Below are positions 18,621 to 28,649 of a stretch of DNA of 64,000 nucleotides, piece after piece. A program made the translations under genes and the position numbers. Below the pieces are notes generated by a model. That model was not told the DNA's origin. It worked only from the letters and a program-made list of their open reading frames with translations, and made no database searches. How positions within the stretch are numbered: the stretch's first letter is position 1; the number at the start of each line of letters is the position of its first letter. Source of the DNA: an uncultured Actinomycetes bacterium (GTDB taxonomy: Bacteria; Actinomycetota; Thermoleophilia; UBA2241); NCBI GenBank assembly GCA_963845355.1, contig CAWJRV010000038.1, positions 13,590-77,589 of the forward strand, written 5' to 3'.

Positions 18621-19703
18621 ATGAGCGCCGTCAGGGGACAACGAGAGACCGCCGTCGGCGGTCGGCGGCGACTCCTGCCCATCGCCCTCGCGTTCCTGTG
18701 CGTGCTCGCGTCGGCGGGCGCGCTCGCGCTGCGTGCGCCCGCGCCCGCTCTTGCCGACACCGGCTCCATCAGCGGGACGGTCACCGGCAGCGAGTTCTAC
18801 TCGGTGAATGTGGCGGTGTACAACACCTACAACGGTGCAACGCCCGTCTACTCAGCCTTTCCGGACAACATCACTCACGCCTATACGGTCACGGGCATCT
18901 CGCCGGGCACCTACAAGGTCGGCTTCTCGATCGGCGACGAGAGCCTCGGCGCCCAGTACTACGACGGCAAAGGCACCTTCGAAGGTGCCGACCCGGTGAC
19001 CGTCACCAGCGGGCAGGACACTGCACTTGGCGCGACGGCGATGCAGACGGCCGGCACGATCAGTGGCAACGTCTATGACTCGTCTTCGCTCGACCCTCTC
19101 GGCGGCGTGTCTGTGTACGTCTACAACAGCGCCGGCGAGTACGCCGGCGAGACCAGCACCTCGGCGACCGACGGCAGCTACGCCATTACGGGGCTCGGCG
19201 ACAGCAGCTACCAGGTCCGCTTCGAGGACTCCGGCTACGACGAACAGTGGTACAACGGCAAAGACGACACGACGGCCGATTGGGTCTCGGTCAGCCCCGG
19301 CGCCAACACGCAGGCGATCAACGCTGACCTGGTAGCGACGGGCGGGAGTCTGCCGGTCGTCGACACGGTGACGAGCAGCACGCACCCCGACCCCTCGAAG
19401 TGGTACTCCAACAGTCATCCATCATTCTCCTGGGTGACGAACGCCTTCAGCCGGACGATCACGGGCTACTCGTGCGCGCTCGACCAGTCGCCGACCACGC
19501 TGCCGGCCGCCTCGGTGACGACGACGACCGCGGACTGGGGCTACACAGGCATCGCCGACGGGGTCTGGTACTTCCACGTCCGTGCCGAGACAGGCGCAGG
19601 CTGGGGCGGCGCTACGGCGCTGAAGATCCAGATCGACACCCATGCCCCCACCGCCACCGCCAAGGCGCTGAGCGTCAAGGCGGCTACGGCCAAGAAGGGC
19701 TAG
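18621..19703 (+). CDS. secreted surface protein with carboxypeptidase-regulatory-like beta-sandwich repeats, ended by an in-frame TAG
   Basis: Start chosen at MSAV..RRRLLPIALAFLCVLASAGALALRAPAPALA (signal). Repeats are GSISGTVTG... and GTISGNVYD...GSYAITGL. The stop TAG at 19701-19703 falls inside a domain (see next feature). Confidence 0.75.
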   Translation: MSAVRGQRETAVGGRRRLLPIALAFLCVLASAGALALRAPAPALADTGSISGTVTGSEFYSVNVAVYNTYNGATPVYSAFPDNITHAYTVTGISPGTYKVGFSIGDESLGAQYYDGKGTFEGADPVTVTSGQDTALGATAMQTAGTISGNVYDSSSLDPLGGVSVYVYNSAGEYAGETSTSATDGSYAITGLGDSSYQVRFEDSGYDEQWYNGKDDTTADWVSVSPGANTQAINADLVATGGSLPVVDTVTSSTHPDPSKWYSNSHPSFSWVTNAFSRTITGYSCALDQSPTTLPAASVTTTTADWGYTGIADGVWYFHVRAETGAGWGGATALKIQIDTHAPTATAKALSVKAATAKKG

Positions 19704-19964
19704 ACGCTCAAGATCAGGGTCACGATCAGCGACCCCAAGCCGACCTACGGTAGCGCGGCTCTGACGCTCACCCTGACCACCAAGAAGGGCGCCAAGCTGG
19801 CGAGCCTGGTCAAGGCCGCCGAGCCGACCAACAAGGCGCTGGTGGTCTCCTTCAAGCTCAAGAAGACACTCAAGAAGGGCAGCTACTTCATCGTCTGCCG
19901 GGCGACCGACGCGGCACACAACGCGCAGGCGACGGCGAGAAGGGCGAAGCTGAAGATCACCTGA
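19704..19964 (+). other. in-frame continuation of the preceding gene beyond its TAG, encoding the missing Ig-like C-terminal domain
   Basis: Own translation in the same frame: TLKIRVTISDPKPTYGSAALTLTLTTKKGAKLASLVKAAEPTNKALVVSFKLKKTLKKGSYFIVCRATDAAHNAQATARRAKLKIT, then TGA at 19962-19964. It parallels ...GKPVVIRFKASDATSG...GSYRIVVRATDWAGN at the end of gene 20073..22799. Confidence 0.7.
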
Positions 19965-20072
19965 CGAAGTTGGCGTTGCCCGCGACGCACCCATCAACGC
20001 ATGAAGAGCTGTCATTCTGCGATGCTCCTTGTACTATGGTGACGAGACATCGAGCCATGTTTGGGGGGCGTC

Positions 20073-22799
20073 ATGAGACGGATCCGGGCCGCGGTCCTTG
20101 CCACTATCGCACTGGCGTGTCTGGGGGCCGTCGCGGCTCCAGCCGCCCGTGCCTTCGCACCCGACGGCAACCAGGGCTGGTACTGGCAGATGCCCCAGCC
20201 GGGGGGAACTCTCGTCGATGTCACCTTCGTCGACGCAAGCGACGTGTGGGCCGTTGGCGTGGGCGGCGCCATCCTGCACAGCACCGATGCCGGAGCGACG
20301 TGGTCCGCACAGCAGTCCGGCACTCTCGCTGAGCTCGACTCCGTCAGCTTCGTCGATGCGCAACACGGCTGGGTCTGCGGTAACTCCGATCTGTTGGAAC
20401 CCGGGGTCGGCACGTTGCTTGCCACGACCGACGGTGGTGTGAGCTGGACCGATAGCACACCGAGCGGTCTGGGTACGGCGCTGACCAACGTGAGCTTCGT
20501 CGACGCGCAGCACGGCTGGGTCGGAACCTCGAGCGGCCACGTCCTTCGTACGACCGACGGGGGCACCTCGTGGGCGAGCGTCCGTGTCGGCAACTCCAGA
20601 CGCTTCCTCAGAGTCGACTTCGTCGACGCCGCCCACGGCTGGGCGTTCAACGGCGACACCGGCGCCCTGTGGCGCACCACCGATGGCGGCACTGTCTGGG
20701 GCAGGGTACACCGCTTCTATCGCAGAGACGACCAGATAGTGGGCGTCGACCTCGTCGACCGAAGTCACGGGTGGGCGTACTCCGTGACCTATGGTGAGAC
20801 CCTCACCACCTCGACGATCCTGGTCACAAGGGATGCCGGCAAGACCTGGCGACCCGTGCGCTCGTTCGCTGCCTGCGCGATCGAAGATCTCGAGGGCGCG
20901 AGCCGCTCCGACGTAGCCTTTATCAGCCAGCGCCAGAGCGACAACGTCCCCGACAACTTCGGCGGGCTTGCGGCCCTCAGCTCCTCGAGCGACGCTGGAG
21001 CCCATTGGACGACACGTACCATCGGGCTCTCCGTCCAGCCCTGGTCGATCGCCGGTAACGGCGGCAACTCTCTGTGCGCCGTTGGCGACGGGATCGTGAC
21101 CTCGTCCGACGAAGGCGCCACGTGGCGCGGGGCAAGCTCCGGCCAGTTCTACTCCCTCGACGATGGCATAGCCGTCTCAAACACCGACCTGTGGGCTGTC
21201 GATGACTTCGGCGCCTTGCTGCACAGCTCAGACGGGACGAGCTGGACCGAACAGGCAACCCCTGTGCGCTACGCCCAGGAACTGCGTGCCGTGAGCTTCC
21301 CCGACACAAGCAACGGCTGGGTCGTGGGAGAGACCGATTCCTTTCCGCACAGGGGCGTGATCCTGCACACCACCGACGGCGGCGCGAGCTGGAGTCCGCA
21401 AGCTTCCAGCCTCGACGGCGAGCTCGTCGGCTGCGACTTCGTCGATGCCGCGAACGGCTGGGCTATCAGCGACGACCCTGGCGAGGAGACCGGCGCCATG
21501 ACGGCGATCGAACACACCACCGATGGCGGCCAGAGCTGGCTTGCGCAGCACCTGCCCAACCAGAGCGGTGGCGGTCTCGACGCGCTCAGCTTCATCAGCG
21601 ACAGCACCGGCTGGGCGGGAGGCGAGCGCTTTGGACCCGGCACCGCCGTGTACAAGACGACCGACGGTGGCCAGAGCTGGGCGCAGGAGAACCTCCCCAG
21701 CAAGATAGACAACCTGTGGGGACTTCAGTTCCTCGACGCCGAGCACGGCTGGGCGCTGGGCATGAGCTACTCGCAGAGCGGCACACCGACAAGCTGGCTC
21801 ATGCAGACCACCGACGGTGGCTCGAGCTGGACCCGGGTCACCCTGCCGAGCGCGGCATATTACTTGACCAGCGTCCACTTCGTCGACGCGCAGCACGGCT
21901 GGGTGGGCGGCGACGCCGTGTGGGAGACGACCGACGGTGGGGCGACGTGGACCAAGGTAGCCTACGGCGGCTTCGGTGCGATCGCGGCCACCGACACGAG
22001 CCACGTCTGGGCCTTTGGCGACGGCATAGTCTCGACGGTCGATGCCGGCGACATCGACGCTGCCCCGCCGCAGACCCTGGACAACGCCGACTGGCGCTGG
22101 CATCGCAGGCCTGTCACGATCATGCTTACCGCGAACGATACGGGTGGTTCGGGCCTGGCGGGGACGCAGTTCAGCTCAGACGACGGCACGACCTGGCAGA
22201 GCGGCACGAGCATCGACGTGCCGGCTCCGGCCGACCACGCCAACGACGGCCTGCACAGCTTCCTGTACCGCTCCTTCGACAACGCCGGCAACGTCGAGGC
22301 GACCGAGATCTGCGGGGTCGGCATCGACACCCTGGGACCGACCTGCGGCGCCCCCAAGGAGGCCGTCGCCGATGTCGGCAAGCCGGTCGTCATCCGCTTC
22401 AAGGCCAGCGACGCGACCAGCGGTGTGGCGCGGGCGACGATCACCATCGCCACGCGCGGCGGCCGGACCATCAAGCGGCTGGTCAGCCACTCCGGCAACT
22501 GGAGCGGCTCGCCCGTGCCGTACTACTGGCTACGTTTCACCTGCACGCTCGCGCCGGGCTCGTACCGGATCGTGGTGCGGGCCACAGATTGGGCCGGCAA
22601 TCGCCAGGTCACGGTCGGTCGCAACTGGCTGCGCGTGGTGCTCACGGGAGCACCGGCGGCCAGCAGCCCCGGCTGGCCGGCGGGACTGCCCGACACCACG
22701 CAGCCGACGAGCTCACCGGGTCCCGGGGGCCCCGTGGACGGACTCCTTGGAACATCGGCGGCGAGCTCGCTGCGGCACTACTCGTGGAAGGCCGGATAG
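20073..22799 (+). CDS. secreted multi-blade TTDGGxxW (BNR/Ycf48-like) propeller protein with C-terminal Ig-like domains
   Basis: MRRIRAAVLATIALACLGAVAAPAARA signal. About 14 repeats (STDAGATWS, TTDGGVSWT, TTDGGQSWA and others). The C-terminus is IDTLGPT...VVIRFKASDATSGVA...YRIVVRATDWAGN. Confidence 0.85.
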   Translation: MRRIRAAVLATIALACLGAVAAPAARAFAPDGNQGWYWQMPQPGGTLVDVTFVDASDVWAVGVGGAILHSTDAGATWSAQQSGTLAELDSVSFVDAQHGWVCGNSDLLEPGVGTLLATTDGGVSWTDSTPSGLGTALTNVSFVDAQHGWVGTSSGHVLRTTDGGTSWASVRVGNSRRFLRVDFVDAAHGWAFNGDTGALWRTTDGGTVWGRVHRFYRRDDQIVGVDLVDRSHGWAYSVTYGETLTTSTILVTRDAGKTWRPVRSFAACAIEDLEGASRSDVAFISQRQSDNVPDNFGGLAALSSSSDAGAHWTTRTIGLSVQPWSIAGNGGNSLCAVGDGIVTSSDEGATWRGASSGQFYSLDDGIAVSNTDLWAVDDFGALLHSSDGTSWTEQATPVRYAQELRAVSFPDTSNGWVVGETDSFPHRGVILHTTDGGASWSPQASSLDGELVGCDFVDAANGWAISDDPGEETGAMTAIEHTTDGGQSWLAQHLPNQSGGGLDALSFISDSTGWAGGERFGPGTAVYKTTDGGQSWAQENLPSKIDNLWGLQFLDAEHGWALGMSYSQSGTPTSWLMQTTDGGSSWTRVTLPSAAYYLTSVHFVDAQHGWVGGDAVWETTDGGATWTKVAYGGFGAIAATDTSHVWAFGDGIVSTVDAGDIDAAPPQTLDNADWRWHRRPVTIMLTANDTGGSGLAGTQFSSDDGTTWQSGTSIDVPAPADHANDGLHSFLYRSFDNAGNVEATEICGVGIDTLGPTCGAPKEAVADVGKPVVIRFKASDATSGVARATITIATRGGRTIKRLVSHSGNWSGSPVPYYWLRFTCTLAPGSYRIVVRATDWAGNRQVTVGRNWLRVVLTGAPAASSPGWPAGLPDTTQPTSSPGPGGPVDGLLGTSAASSLRHYSWKAG

Positions 22800-22857
22800 C
22801 ACCTACACGCGCGTATGTGGTCTCGCGGCCTGGCCTTCCGCGGCCACGCGGGGTCTC

Positions 22858-23085
22858 TCAGTGCGCCTCGTAGGCCGGCGTGCCGCTGTGGCCGCCGGCG
22901 GCCCAGCCGTCGGCCCAACTCTCAGTGATGTTGACGCCCCCGCTCACGGTGGTGAACATGCCACTGGCCGTGTTGTTGGCACCGCCGCTCACGCAGGATG
23001 CCGGGCTGCTCACCGAGTTGCCGACGCGGGCGACGAAGCGTGCTGCCACGGTGGGCGACGGGGCAAACGTGATCATGCGACGCAA
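22858..23085 (-). pseudogene. probable C-terminal remnant of a fibre-like repeat protein
   Basis: 75 aa with SVSSPASCVSGGANNTASGMFTTVSGGVNITE repeats (SGGxNxA type). There is no signal peptide or N-terminal domain, and the ORF starts inside the repeats. Confidence 0.35.
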
Positions 23086-23175
23086 TCGCTGACATCATAC
23101 GCAGAGGAGCGTATGGTTTGATGGACGCCCCGCAAGGGCTCTCGGAGCCCCACGCAGAGCGACACCGCATCGCCG

Positions 23176-24366
23176 ATGCGGCGACGCATGGCGAGGAGGG
23201 GAGCCGCAGTGAGACGCTGGCTTATCACATGCACCATAGTGGCTTTGATCGCCGCGAGCCTCATTCTGCCCGGCGCGGCGCTCGCCCGCGCTGCCGCGCC
23301 GTCGGCGGCCAAGATGCGAAACATGGCGACGATCGGCCGGGCGCAGATCGCGGCCGGATGGTGGTGCGGCTACGCGATCCGGCCGAACGGTTCGCTGTGG
23401 TCCTGGGGCCTGAACACATCGGGCCAGCTCGGGCTCGGCGACACGAAGAGTCGGCGTTTGCCGACACACCTCGGCCGCAGCGTCGGCTGGACGACGATCG
23501 CTGCCAGCGATCAGCACTGTCTGGCAGTCAAGCTCGACGGTTCACTGTGGGCCTGGGGGGCAAACGACGAGGGCCAGCTGGGCATCGGTATCAATGGGAA
23601 GTACGGCAACCGTCCGCGGCTTCGCCCCCAGAGGGTCGCCGGTGGCGGCTGGAAAGCCGTCGGGGCCGGCTCCTCCGAGTTCAGCATCGGGCTCAAACGA
23701 GACGGTTCGCTGTGGGCCTGGGGCAACAACGATCACGGCGATCTGGGCCTCGGCACGACGAGTGACGTGCTTGGCAGTCACGCCGTGCCGACGCGCATTG
23801 GCACCGGCAGCGACTGGAAGGCGATCGCCGTCGGCTACGACTGGGTCTTTGCCCTCAAGAGCGACGGCTCGCTGTGGGCCTGGGGCGACAACAGTTCCGG
23901 CCAGCTCGGCTTGGGCACGACCGACGACCTCGCACATCCCACTCCGACACGTATTGGCAGCGGCCTCGACTGGACGGCGATCTGCGCCGACACCTATGCG
24001 ATCAAACGTGACGGCTCGCTGTGGTCGTGGAGCGGGACTTCGGTGCCGACGCGCGTCGGGACCGGAAACTCGTGGAAGAGCGTCGCCGCCGGGTTTGGAG
24101 ACGTCTTTGCCCTCAAGACCGACAGCTCGCTGTGGGCTTGGGGTGTCAACGGCGGCGGCCAGCTCGGCCTGGGCGATCGGGTCGCCCGAACATCGCCGAC
24201 CCGCGTGCGGGGCGGCTGGGCGAAGGTCGCCGTGGGGAACGCCTGGACCCTGGGACTCAAGTCAAACGGCACGTTCTGGAGCTGGGGGATCGACCACGCC
24301 ATGCAGCTCGGCCAGCCAGTCGTGCGCACGCGCGGAGTCCCGACCAGGATCTTCAGCCTCTCGTAG
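23176..24366 (+). CDS. secreted RCC1-repeat beta-propeller protein
   Basis: Signal/TM WLITCTIVALIAASLILPGAALA. Seven repeats of the type DGSLWAWGxNxxGQLGLGTT. Confidence 0.85.
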   Translation: MRRRMARRGAAVRRWLITCTIVALIAASLILPGAALARAAAPSAAKMRNMATIGRAQIAAGWWCGYAIRPNGSLWSWGLNTSGQLGLGDTKSRRLPTHLGRSVGWTTIAASDQHCLAVKLDGSLWAWGANDEGQLGIGINGKYGNRPRLRPQRVAGGGWKAVGAGSSEFSIGLKRDGSLWAWGNNDHGDLGLGTTSDVLGSHAVPTRIGTGSDWKAIAVGYDWVFALKSDGSLWAWGDNSSGQLGLGTTDDLAHPTPTRIGSGLDWTAICADTYAIKRDGSLWSWSGTSVPTRVGTGNSWKSVAAGFGDVFALKTDSSLWAWGVNGGGQLGLGDRVARTSPTRVRGGWAKVAVGNAWTLGLKSNGTFWSWGIDHAMQLGQPVVRTRGVPTRIFSLS

Positions 24367-24427
24367 CTGCTCGGCGCGATCGACGACCAGTGGGTCAGGA
24401 ACCTCACAAGGCACCGAGGGAGTAGCG

Positions 24428-24823
24428 ATGTCGATGCCCATGCCACCCAATCCGCCCGAGTTCGGCCCCGACATCCCCGGAGGCGACGTTCAGGCCGCGC
24501 TCTCGGAGGTCGACGAGCTGCGCGGCGGCGTGTACGACACCTCGTCAGACCTTGGCCGCTGGACGCTGGCCTGGGGGCTGATCGGCCTGCTCGTCGGGCT
24601 GTTCCTCCACGGCGCCGTCTTCTTCGTCGCGCAGCTTGTTCTCAGCGGCGCGGCCTTCGTCGCCTGGCTGCTCTGCGGCCGGCGCTTCCGGGCGGGTATC
24701 CCGCAGTCGCGGGGCCTGGCGTGGACCGGCTTGTTGCTGGCTCTTCTCGGCCTGGGGCTGGGCTTTGCGGGCGCCATCGGCCACCCTCTCGTCAGCTTCG
24801 GCGTGACCTGGAGGCTGACCTGA
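24428..24823 (+). CDS. membrane protein (131 aa)
   Basis: ATG after GAGGGAG, in the tail of ORF 23594..24823. About 3 TM helices (WTLAWGLIGLLVGLFLHGAVFFVAQLVLSGAAFVAWLL..). Confidence 0.6.
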   Translation: MSMPMPPNPPEFGPDIPGGDVQAALSEVDELRGGVYDTSSDLGRWTLAWGLIGLLVGLFLHGAVFFVAQLVLSGAAFVAWLLCGRRFRAGIPQSRGLAWTGLLLALLGLGLGFAGAIGHPLVSFGVTWRLT

Positions 24824-24916
24824 GAGGTCGGCCTGACGACGTCGCAGCCGGTGCGTTGGCAATGGTCCTGTTTGCTGCAGCTTGCGGTCACTCGTCTTCG
24901 GGCAGTGCGAGCGCCT

Positions 24917-25138
24917 CTATTCATCGTTCCTGACCCTTCGGCTTGCTGATCCTGAGCCGGAGACCCGCTTGTAGACCTGCGCGGACAGGTGCCAGTCGGC
25001 GGGGTAGCGCACGGAGATCCCCAAAGAAGGGTTCGTGTACGCTCTGGGCAGGGATGGCCCCGACGAGCCACAGGCGGCGGCGGTGACGGCCAAGACAGTG
25101 ACCGCTACAACGGTCCAGCAGATGCGACGCAGTAGCAC
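24917..25138 (-). pseudogene. truncated lipoprotein (PsbP/DUF1795-like start only)
   Basis: GTG with GAGGAG 5 nt upstream. VLLRRICWTVVAVTVLAVTAAACGSS lipobox, then LGISVRYPADW as in the lipoprotein at 48399, but it stops after 73 aa. Confidence 0.4.
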
Positions 25139-25243
25139 GGCGCTCCTCGGGGCAGGGCGGTTGCGAGGAGGAGCATATGCCTCTTCGACATTGCCTGCTA
25201 AGGTCTGGACGCGCGGTTCAGGCGACTTCGGTAGGCCGCTGAC

Positions 25244-25340
25244 TCCGAGTACCTCGCCGAGACCGAGGAGGGGCTCTCCGTCACGCTGAGAGACAGTCGA
25301 GGCCATCCGTGGCCGAAGTGATCGCGAGAACGCAGGGAAT
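25244..25340 (+). repeat. copy A of an unexplained intergenic element of about 100 nt
   Basis: ...GACCGAGGAGGGGCTCTCCGTCACGCTGAGAGACAGTCGAGGCCATCCGTGGCCGAAGTGATCGCGAGAACGCAGG aligns by eye with copies at 46351 and 47583. Confidence 0.6.
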
Positions 25341-25385
25341 GGGCCGGCTTGCGTCAATAAGTGACGGGAGTATCAGGGAGTGCCG

Positions 25386-25898
25386 ATGAACGCAGACGAG
25401 CTGCCCCACGTGCTGGACACGCTGGCCGCACTCGGCGATCACGAGACGGCGCTAGCCGGCCTGTACGACGCCTGCGGCCAGACCTGGAGCGACGACGCCG
25501 TCCTGTGGGACGGTCTGGCCGGCTCCGAACGCGGCCATGCGGAGGGCTTGACGCTGATGGCCCGGATCGTGGCCGAGCGGCCGGCCGCATTCGAGCTCGG
25601 CCGACCCTTCAGCGCCGCCGCCGGTCGCCTTCAGGCGGAGTTCGTCGAGAACCGCACCGGCGAGGTCCGGCGTGGCGGCATGGCGCGTCGCACTGGGTTG
25701 CTCATGGCGCGCGAAATCGAACGTTCGATCATCGAGACGCGTCTGAACGAGCTTCTGCTGACCATGGAGCGTGACTACCTAGAGATCGTCGACAGGGTCG
25801 TCGCCGAGACTGGGGACCATTACCGCCTGCTGCAGCGCGAGCTTCTGGACGACAGAGAGGTGAGCAGTTCGCAGACCCCTTACCAGGGGGACGTCTAG
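25386..25898 (+). CDS. hypothetical helical protein (possibly ferritin-like)
   Basis: ATG after GGGAG. The 170 aa have an alpha-helical composition with E/H-containing segments (GSERGHAEGL, MAREIERSIIE). The fold assignment is weak. Confidence 0.6.
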   Translation: MNADELPHVLDTLAALGDHETALAGLYDACGQTWSDDAVLWDGLAGSERGHAEGLTLMARIVAERPAAFELGRPFSAAAGRLQAEFVENRTGEVRRGGMARRTGLLMAREIERSIIETRLNELLLTMERDYLEIVDRVVAETGDHYRLLQRELLDDREVSSSQTPYQGDV

Positions 25899-25939
25899 GC
25901 GCGACTGCGCTCTCCCCCGTACTCGATCATCCTCGCTGT

Positions 25940-26584
25940 TCACACACCTGTCACATGCACCGTGGCAGCCGACCGCTCGTCCTCTTCACCTTCTCGCTGT
26001 CGCGAGTATGTCGTGAGCATGGCACCGTCGTTTGTGATCTCGTGTTCCGTGAGCCGGAATCGGCGCAGTCTGCCGTCCTCGGGGAAGATGCGCTTACCGC
26101 CGCCCAGCACGAGCGGGGCGATCATCAGGCGGAGCTCGTCGACCAGGTCGTCGGTGAGCAGGCTGCACACCAATTGGGTGCTGCCGATCACGTGCAGGTC
26201 GCGGCCGTCCTTCTGCTTGAGCGCCCGCAGGGCGGTGGCGACATCGGGGCGCAGCAGACTCGAGTTGTGCCACGCCAGAGGCTCGGTCAGCGTGCTCGAG
26301 GCCACGTACTTCGGCAACCTGTTGAACGGCTCGGCGACGGCGGCCGACTCCTCGGGCGCGTTCGGCCAGTAGCCGGCGAAGATCTCGTAGGTGCGCCGCC
26401 CAAGGACGAGGGCGCCGAGCTCGGCGATGTACTTCATGACCCACGCCCGCACCCGTTCGTCCGGCGCGTAGTGCATGTGCCAGCCGCCGTGCGCGAAGCC
26501 GCCCGAGGGGTCTTCCTCCGCTTCGCCGGGCGCCTGTGCCACGCCGTCCATGCTCATGAACTCGTTGACGATCAGCTTACGCAT
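25940..26584 (-). CDS. dihydrofolate reductase family protein (RibD C-terminal domain)
   Basis: Inner ATG with GGGAGGG RBS. MRKLIVNEFMSMDGVAQAPG...LVLGRRTYEIFAGYWP...LHVIGSTQLVCSLLTDDLVDELRLMIAPLVLGGGKRIFPE. Confidence 0.85.
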   Translation of the reverse strand: MRKLIVNEFMSMDGVAQAPGEAEEDPSGGFAHGGWHMHYAPDERVRAWVMKYIAELGALVLGRRTYEIFAGYWPNAPEESAAVAEPFNRLPKYVASSTLTEPLAWHNSSLLRPDVATALRALKQKDGRDLHVIGSTQLVCSLLTDDLVDELRLMIAPLVLGGGKRIFPEDGRLRRFRLTEHEITNDGAMLTTYSRQREGEEDERSAATVHVTGV

Positions 26585-26622
26585 GTGTCCCTCCCGATGG
26601 GTCGCTCGCCGAGTGGGCCGCT

Positions 26623-26865
26623 GTGAGGCCCGCTGGAGAGGACTGTTGCCGGGGCCGGACGGGGGGAAACTGCGCCATAGCACCTGTGATGCCCGACGGG
26701 ACGGTCACCGACGGCCCGTACCCGGAGACCAAGCAGTACCTCGGCGGATTGGCGGTCGTCGACGTGCCCTCACGCGACGAGGCACTGGAGTGGGCCGCCG
26801 GGATCGCCGTCGCCGGCCACTGTGCTCAAGAGGTCCGCGAGTCGCTGCCCGACCCGACCGTCTGA
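26623..26865 (+). pseudogene. C-terminal fragment of a YCII-related domain protein
   Basis: Only ...DGTVTDGPYPETKQYLGGLAVVDVPSRDEALEWAAGI... is present, which is the last half of a YCII domain. The upstream part of the ORF is Arg/Gly junk. Confidence 0.5.
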
Positions 26866-26896
26866 TCGAAGGCACCAAACACGCGGCCGCGGTTGC

Positions 26897-27751
26897 TCAC
26901 CTTCGTTGCGCTGTGACCAGCACGGCGAGCGTGCTCGAGCGGATCGGCCGGCCGAGTCGCTCATAGATGGCGACGCTTTCGCTCTCGAGCGCGCGACGCT
27001 GATCCGGCGAGATTCGCTGGTAGAACGACGCCGTGCGAAGCAAGGCGTTGAGCTCGGCGGCGGTCTGTTCGAGAAGCGTCGGTACGGCGGCCACCTGCAC
27101 GTCGCAAAACAGGTCGCCCGCCTGGGCCCGCGCCACGTCGTGGCTTCCCAGCCAGGCCCACGCCTCTGAGACGTTGTCGCGACGCCGCTTTGCCCCGGCG
27201 ACGGTTGTGGCAAGATCCCGGTAGGAGGGCCAGTCGGCGGCGATCTCGGGGGCGACCATTGCCAGGGCGGCACGGAGCGCCTCCTGGTCGCGAGCATGGC
27301 GCCGCTCTTGCAGGCCGAAGTACTGCAGGAGAGCAAGCGTTCCACCCGCGACCAGCGCGTCGGCGGCCTTCCGCCAACTGACGTCGGGGTCGATCCAGTG
27401 AAACGCCGAAGCCGAGAAGACGGCTCGGAAATGGTGCTCGGGAAGCTCCGCGTCCTCGAACCGCGTGGTGACGAACTTCACCTGACCGGAGCCCTCCAGC
27501 TTGCGCGCGGCGAGCGACGCGAGCTGCTTGCCCGGCTCGACCGCTGTGACCCGAAGGCCGCGGGCGACCAGGCCGCGGGTCAGCTGCCCGCTGCCACATC
27601 CGATCTCGAGCACGCGATCGCCGTCCGTCAGTCCGGCGATGCCGCAGGCGCGATCGATGAGTTGGTCGGGGTAGGTTGGCCGGCGGCGATCGTACTCCGC
27701 TGCCACCTCATCGAACACCTTGCCGTACGCTTGTAGCGAACCGTCACCCAT
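26897..27751 (-). CDS. class I SAM-dependent methyltransferase
   Basis: Motif I is VLEIGCGSGQLTRGLVARGLRVTAVEPG. 284 aa. Confidence 0.85.
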   Translation of the reverse strand: MGDGSLQAYGKVFDEVAAEYDRRRPTYPDQLIDRACGIAGLTDGDRVLEIGCGSGQLTRGLVARGLRVTAVEPGKQLASLAARKLEGSGQVKFVTTRFEDAELPEHHFRAVFSASAFHWIDPDVSWRKAADALVAGGTLALLQYFGLQERRHARDQEALRAALAMVAPEIAADWPSYRDLATTVAGAKRRRDNVSEAWAWLGSHDVARAQAGDLFCDVQVAAVPTLLEQTAAELNALLRTASFYQRISPDQRRALESESVAIYERLGRPIRSSTLAVLVTAQRR

Positions 27752-27811
27752 TCTCAGGTGCTTTCGGGCTGGAACCTCTGATGTCGGCGTCCTGTCTACG
27801 ATCGGCCGACC

Positions 27812-28015
<204 letters not shown>

Positions 28016-28187
28016 AAGGCGTCATCGCAGCCATAAGTCGAGGCCGGCGGCAGAGGCCACCCAGCGCGCGTAAGCGAGATCTCTGCGCCGCTCCTGGAGT
28101 GCTCGCTGCCATAGAGACGATACCTACCAGCAGCCGCCGCAGTGCGGCGACCATGGGCGACGTGGCGCCGTGTCGACGACACGCCCG

Positions 28188-28595
28188 CTACATGCCCTCC
28201 ACGTAGACGATCACCCGACTGTACTGGCCCGCCTTCACCGTCACGAAGGTCGGCCGCGGACCGCCGCCGCTCTTGGGGACGACTGCCTGCAGCATGTACT
28301 TTCCGGGCGCGAGGGTCAGCCTGAAGGTCGATTGTGGGCCAAACTGGGCTCTGGCCACGAGTTTGCCGAGCTTCCCGCCCCTGACGGTCCAGACGTGAAC
28401 GCCATCGACCGACAGAATGCGGCCCTGAAGACCGGAACCGAAGCCGTCGGGCAGTGGTGAGGGCGCAGTGATGGGCGGACCACCATCGAGCAGCACTATG
28501 CCGTAGACGCCCGAGGGCTGGGCGGCCGCGCCGCAGGATGCCAGTGCCAAGGCGAGGGCCGTTGCCGCGGCTACCACGGAGATCCGTCTCGACAT
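28188..28595 (-). CDS. lipoprotein, beta-sandwich type (paralog of 33264..33629)
   Basis: MSRRISVVAAATALALALASCG lipobox and GGGGAGG RBS. ...TFRLTLAPGKYMLQAVV...VTVKAGQYSRVIVYV. Confidence 0.65.
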   Translation of the reverse strand: MSRRISVVAAATALALALASCGAAAQPSGVYGIVLLDGGPPITAPSPLPDGFGSGLQGRILSVDGVHVWTVRGGKLGKLVARAQFGPQSTFRLTLAPGKYMLQAVVPKSGGGPRPTFVTVKAGQYSRVIVYVEGM

Positions 28596-28649
28596 CAGTG
28601 CCTCCCCAGCTCCGATTCTGCCCGACACGCTTGGTGGCTGCGCTGACCT

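Noticed and set aside
19701-19703. Could the in-frame TAG be pyrrolysine or a reassigned codon?
   Set aside because: TAG terminates several well-defined genes in this same window at sensible C-termini (ends at 9688, 15195, 18427, 24366, 25898). Nothing resembling pyl genes is present, so an ordinary nonsense mutation or a sequencing error is the simpler reading.
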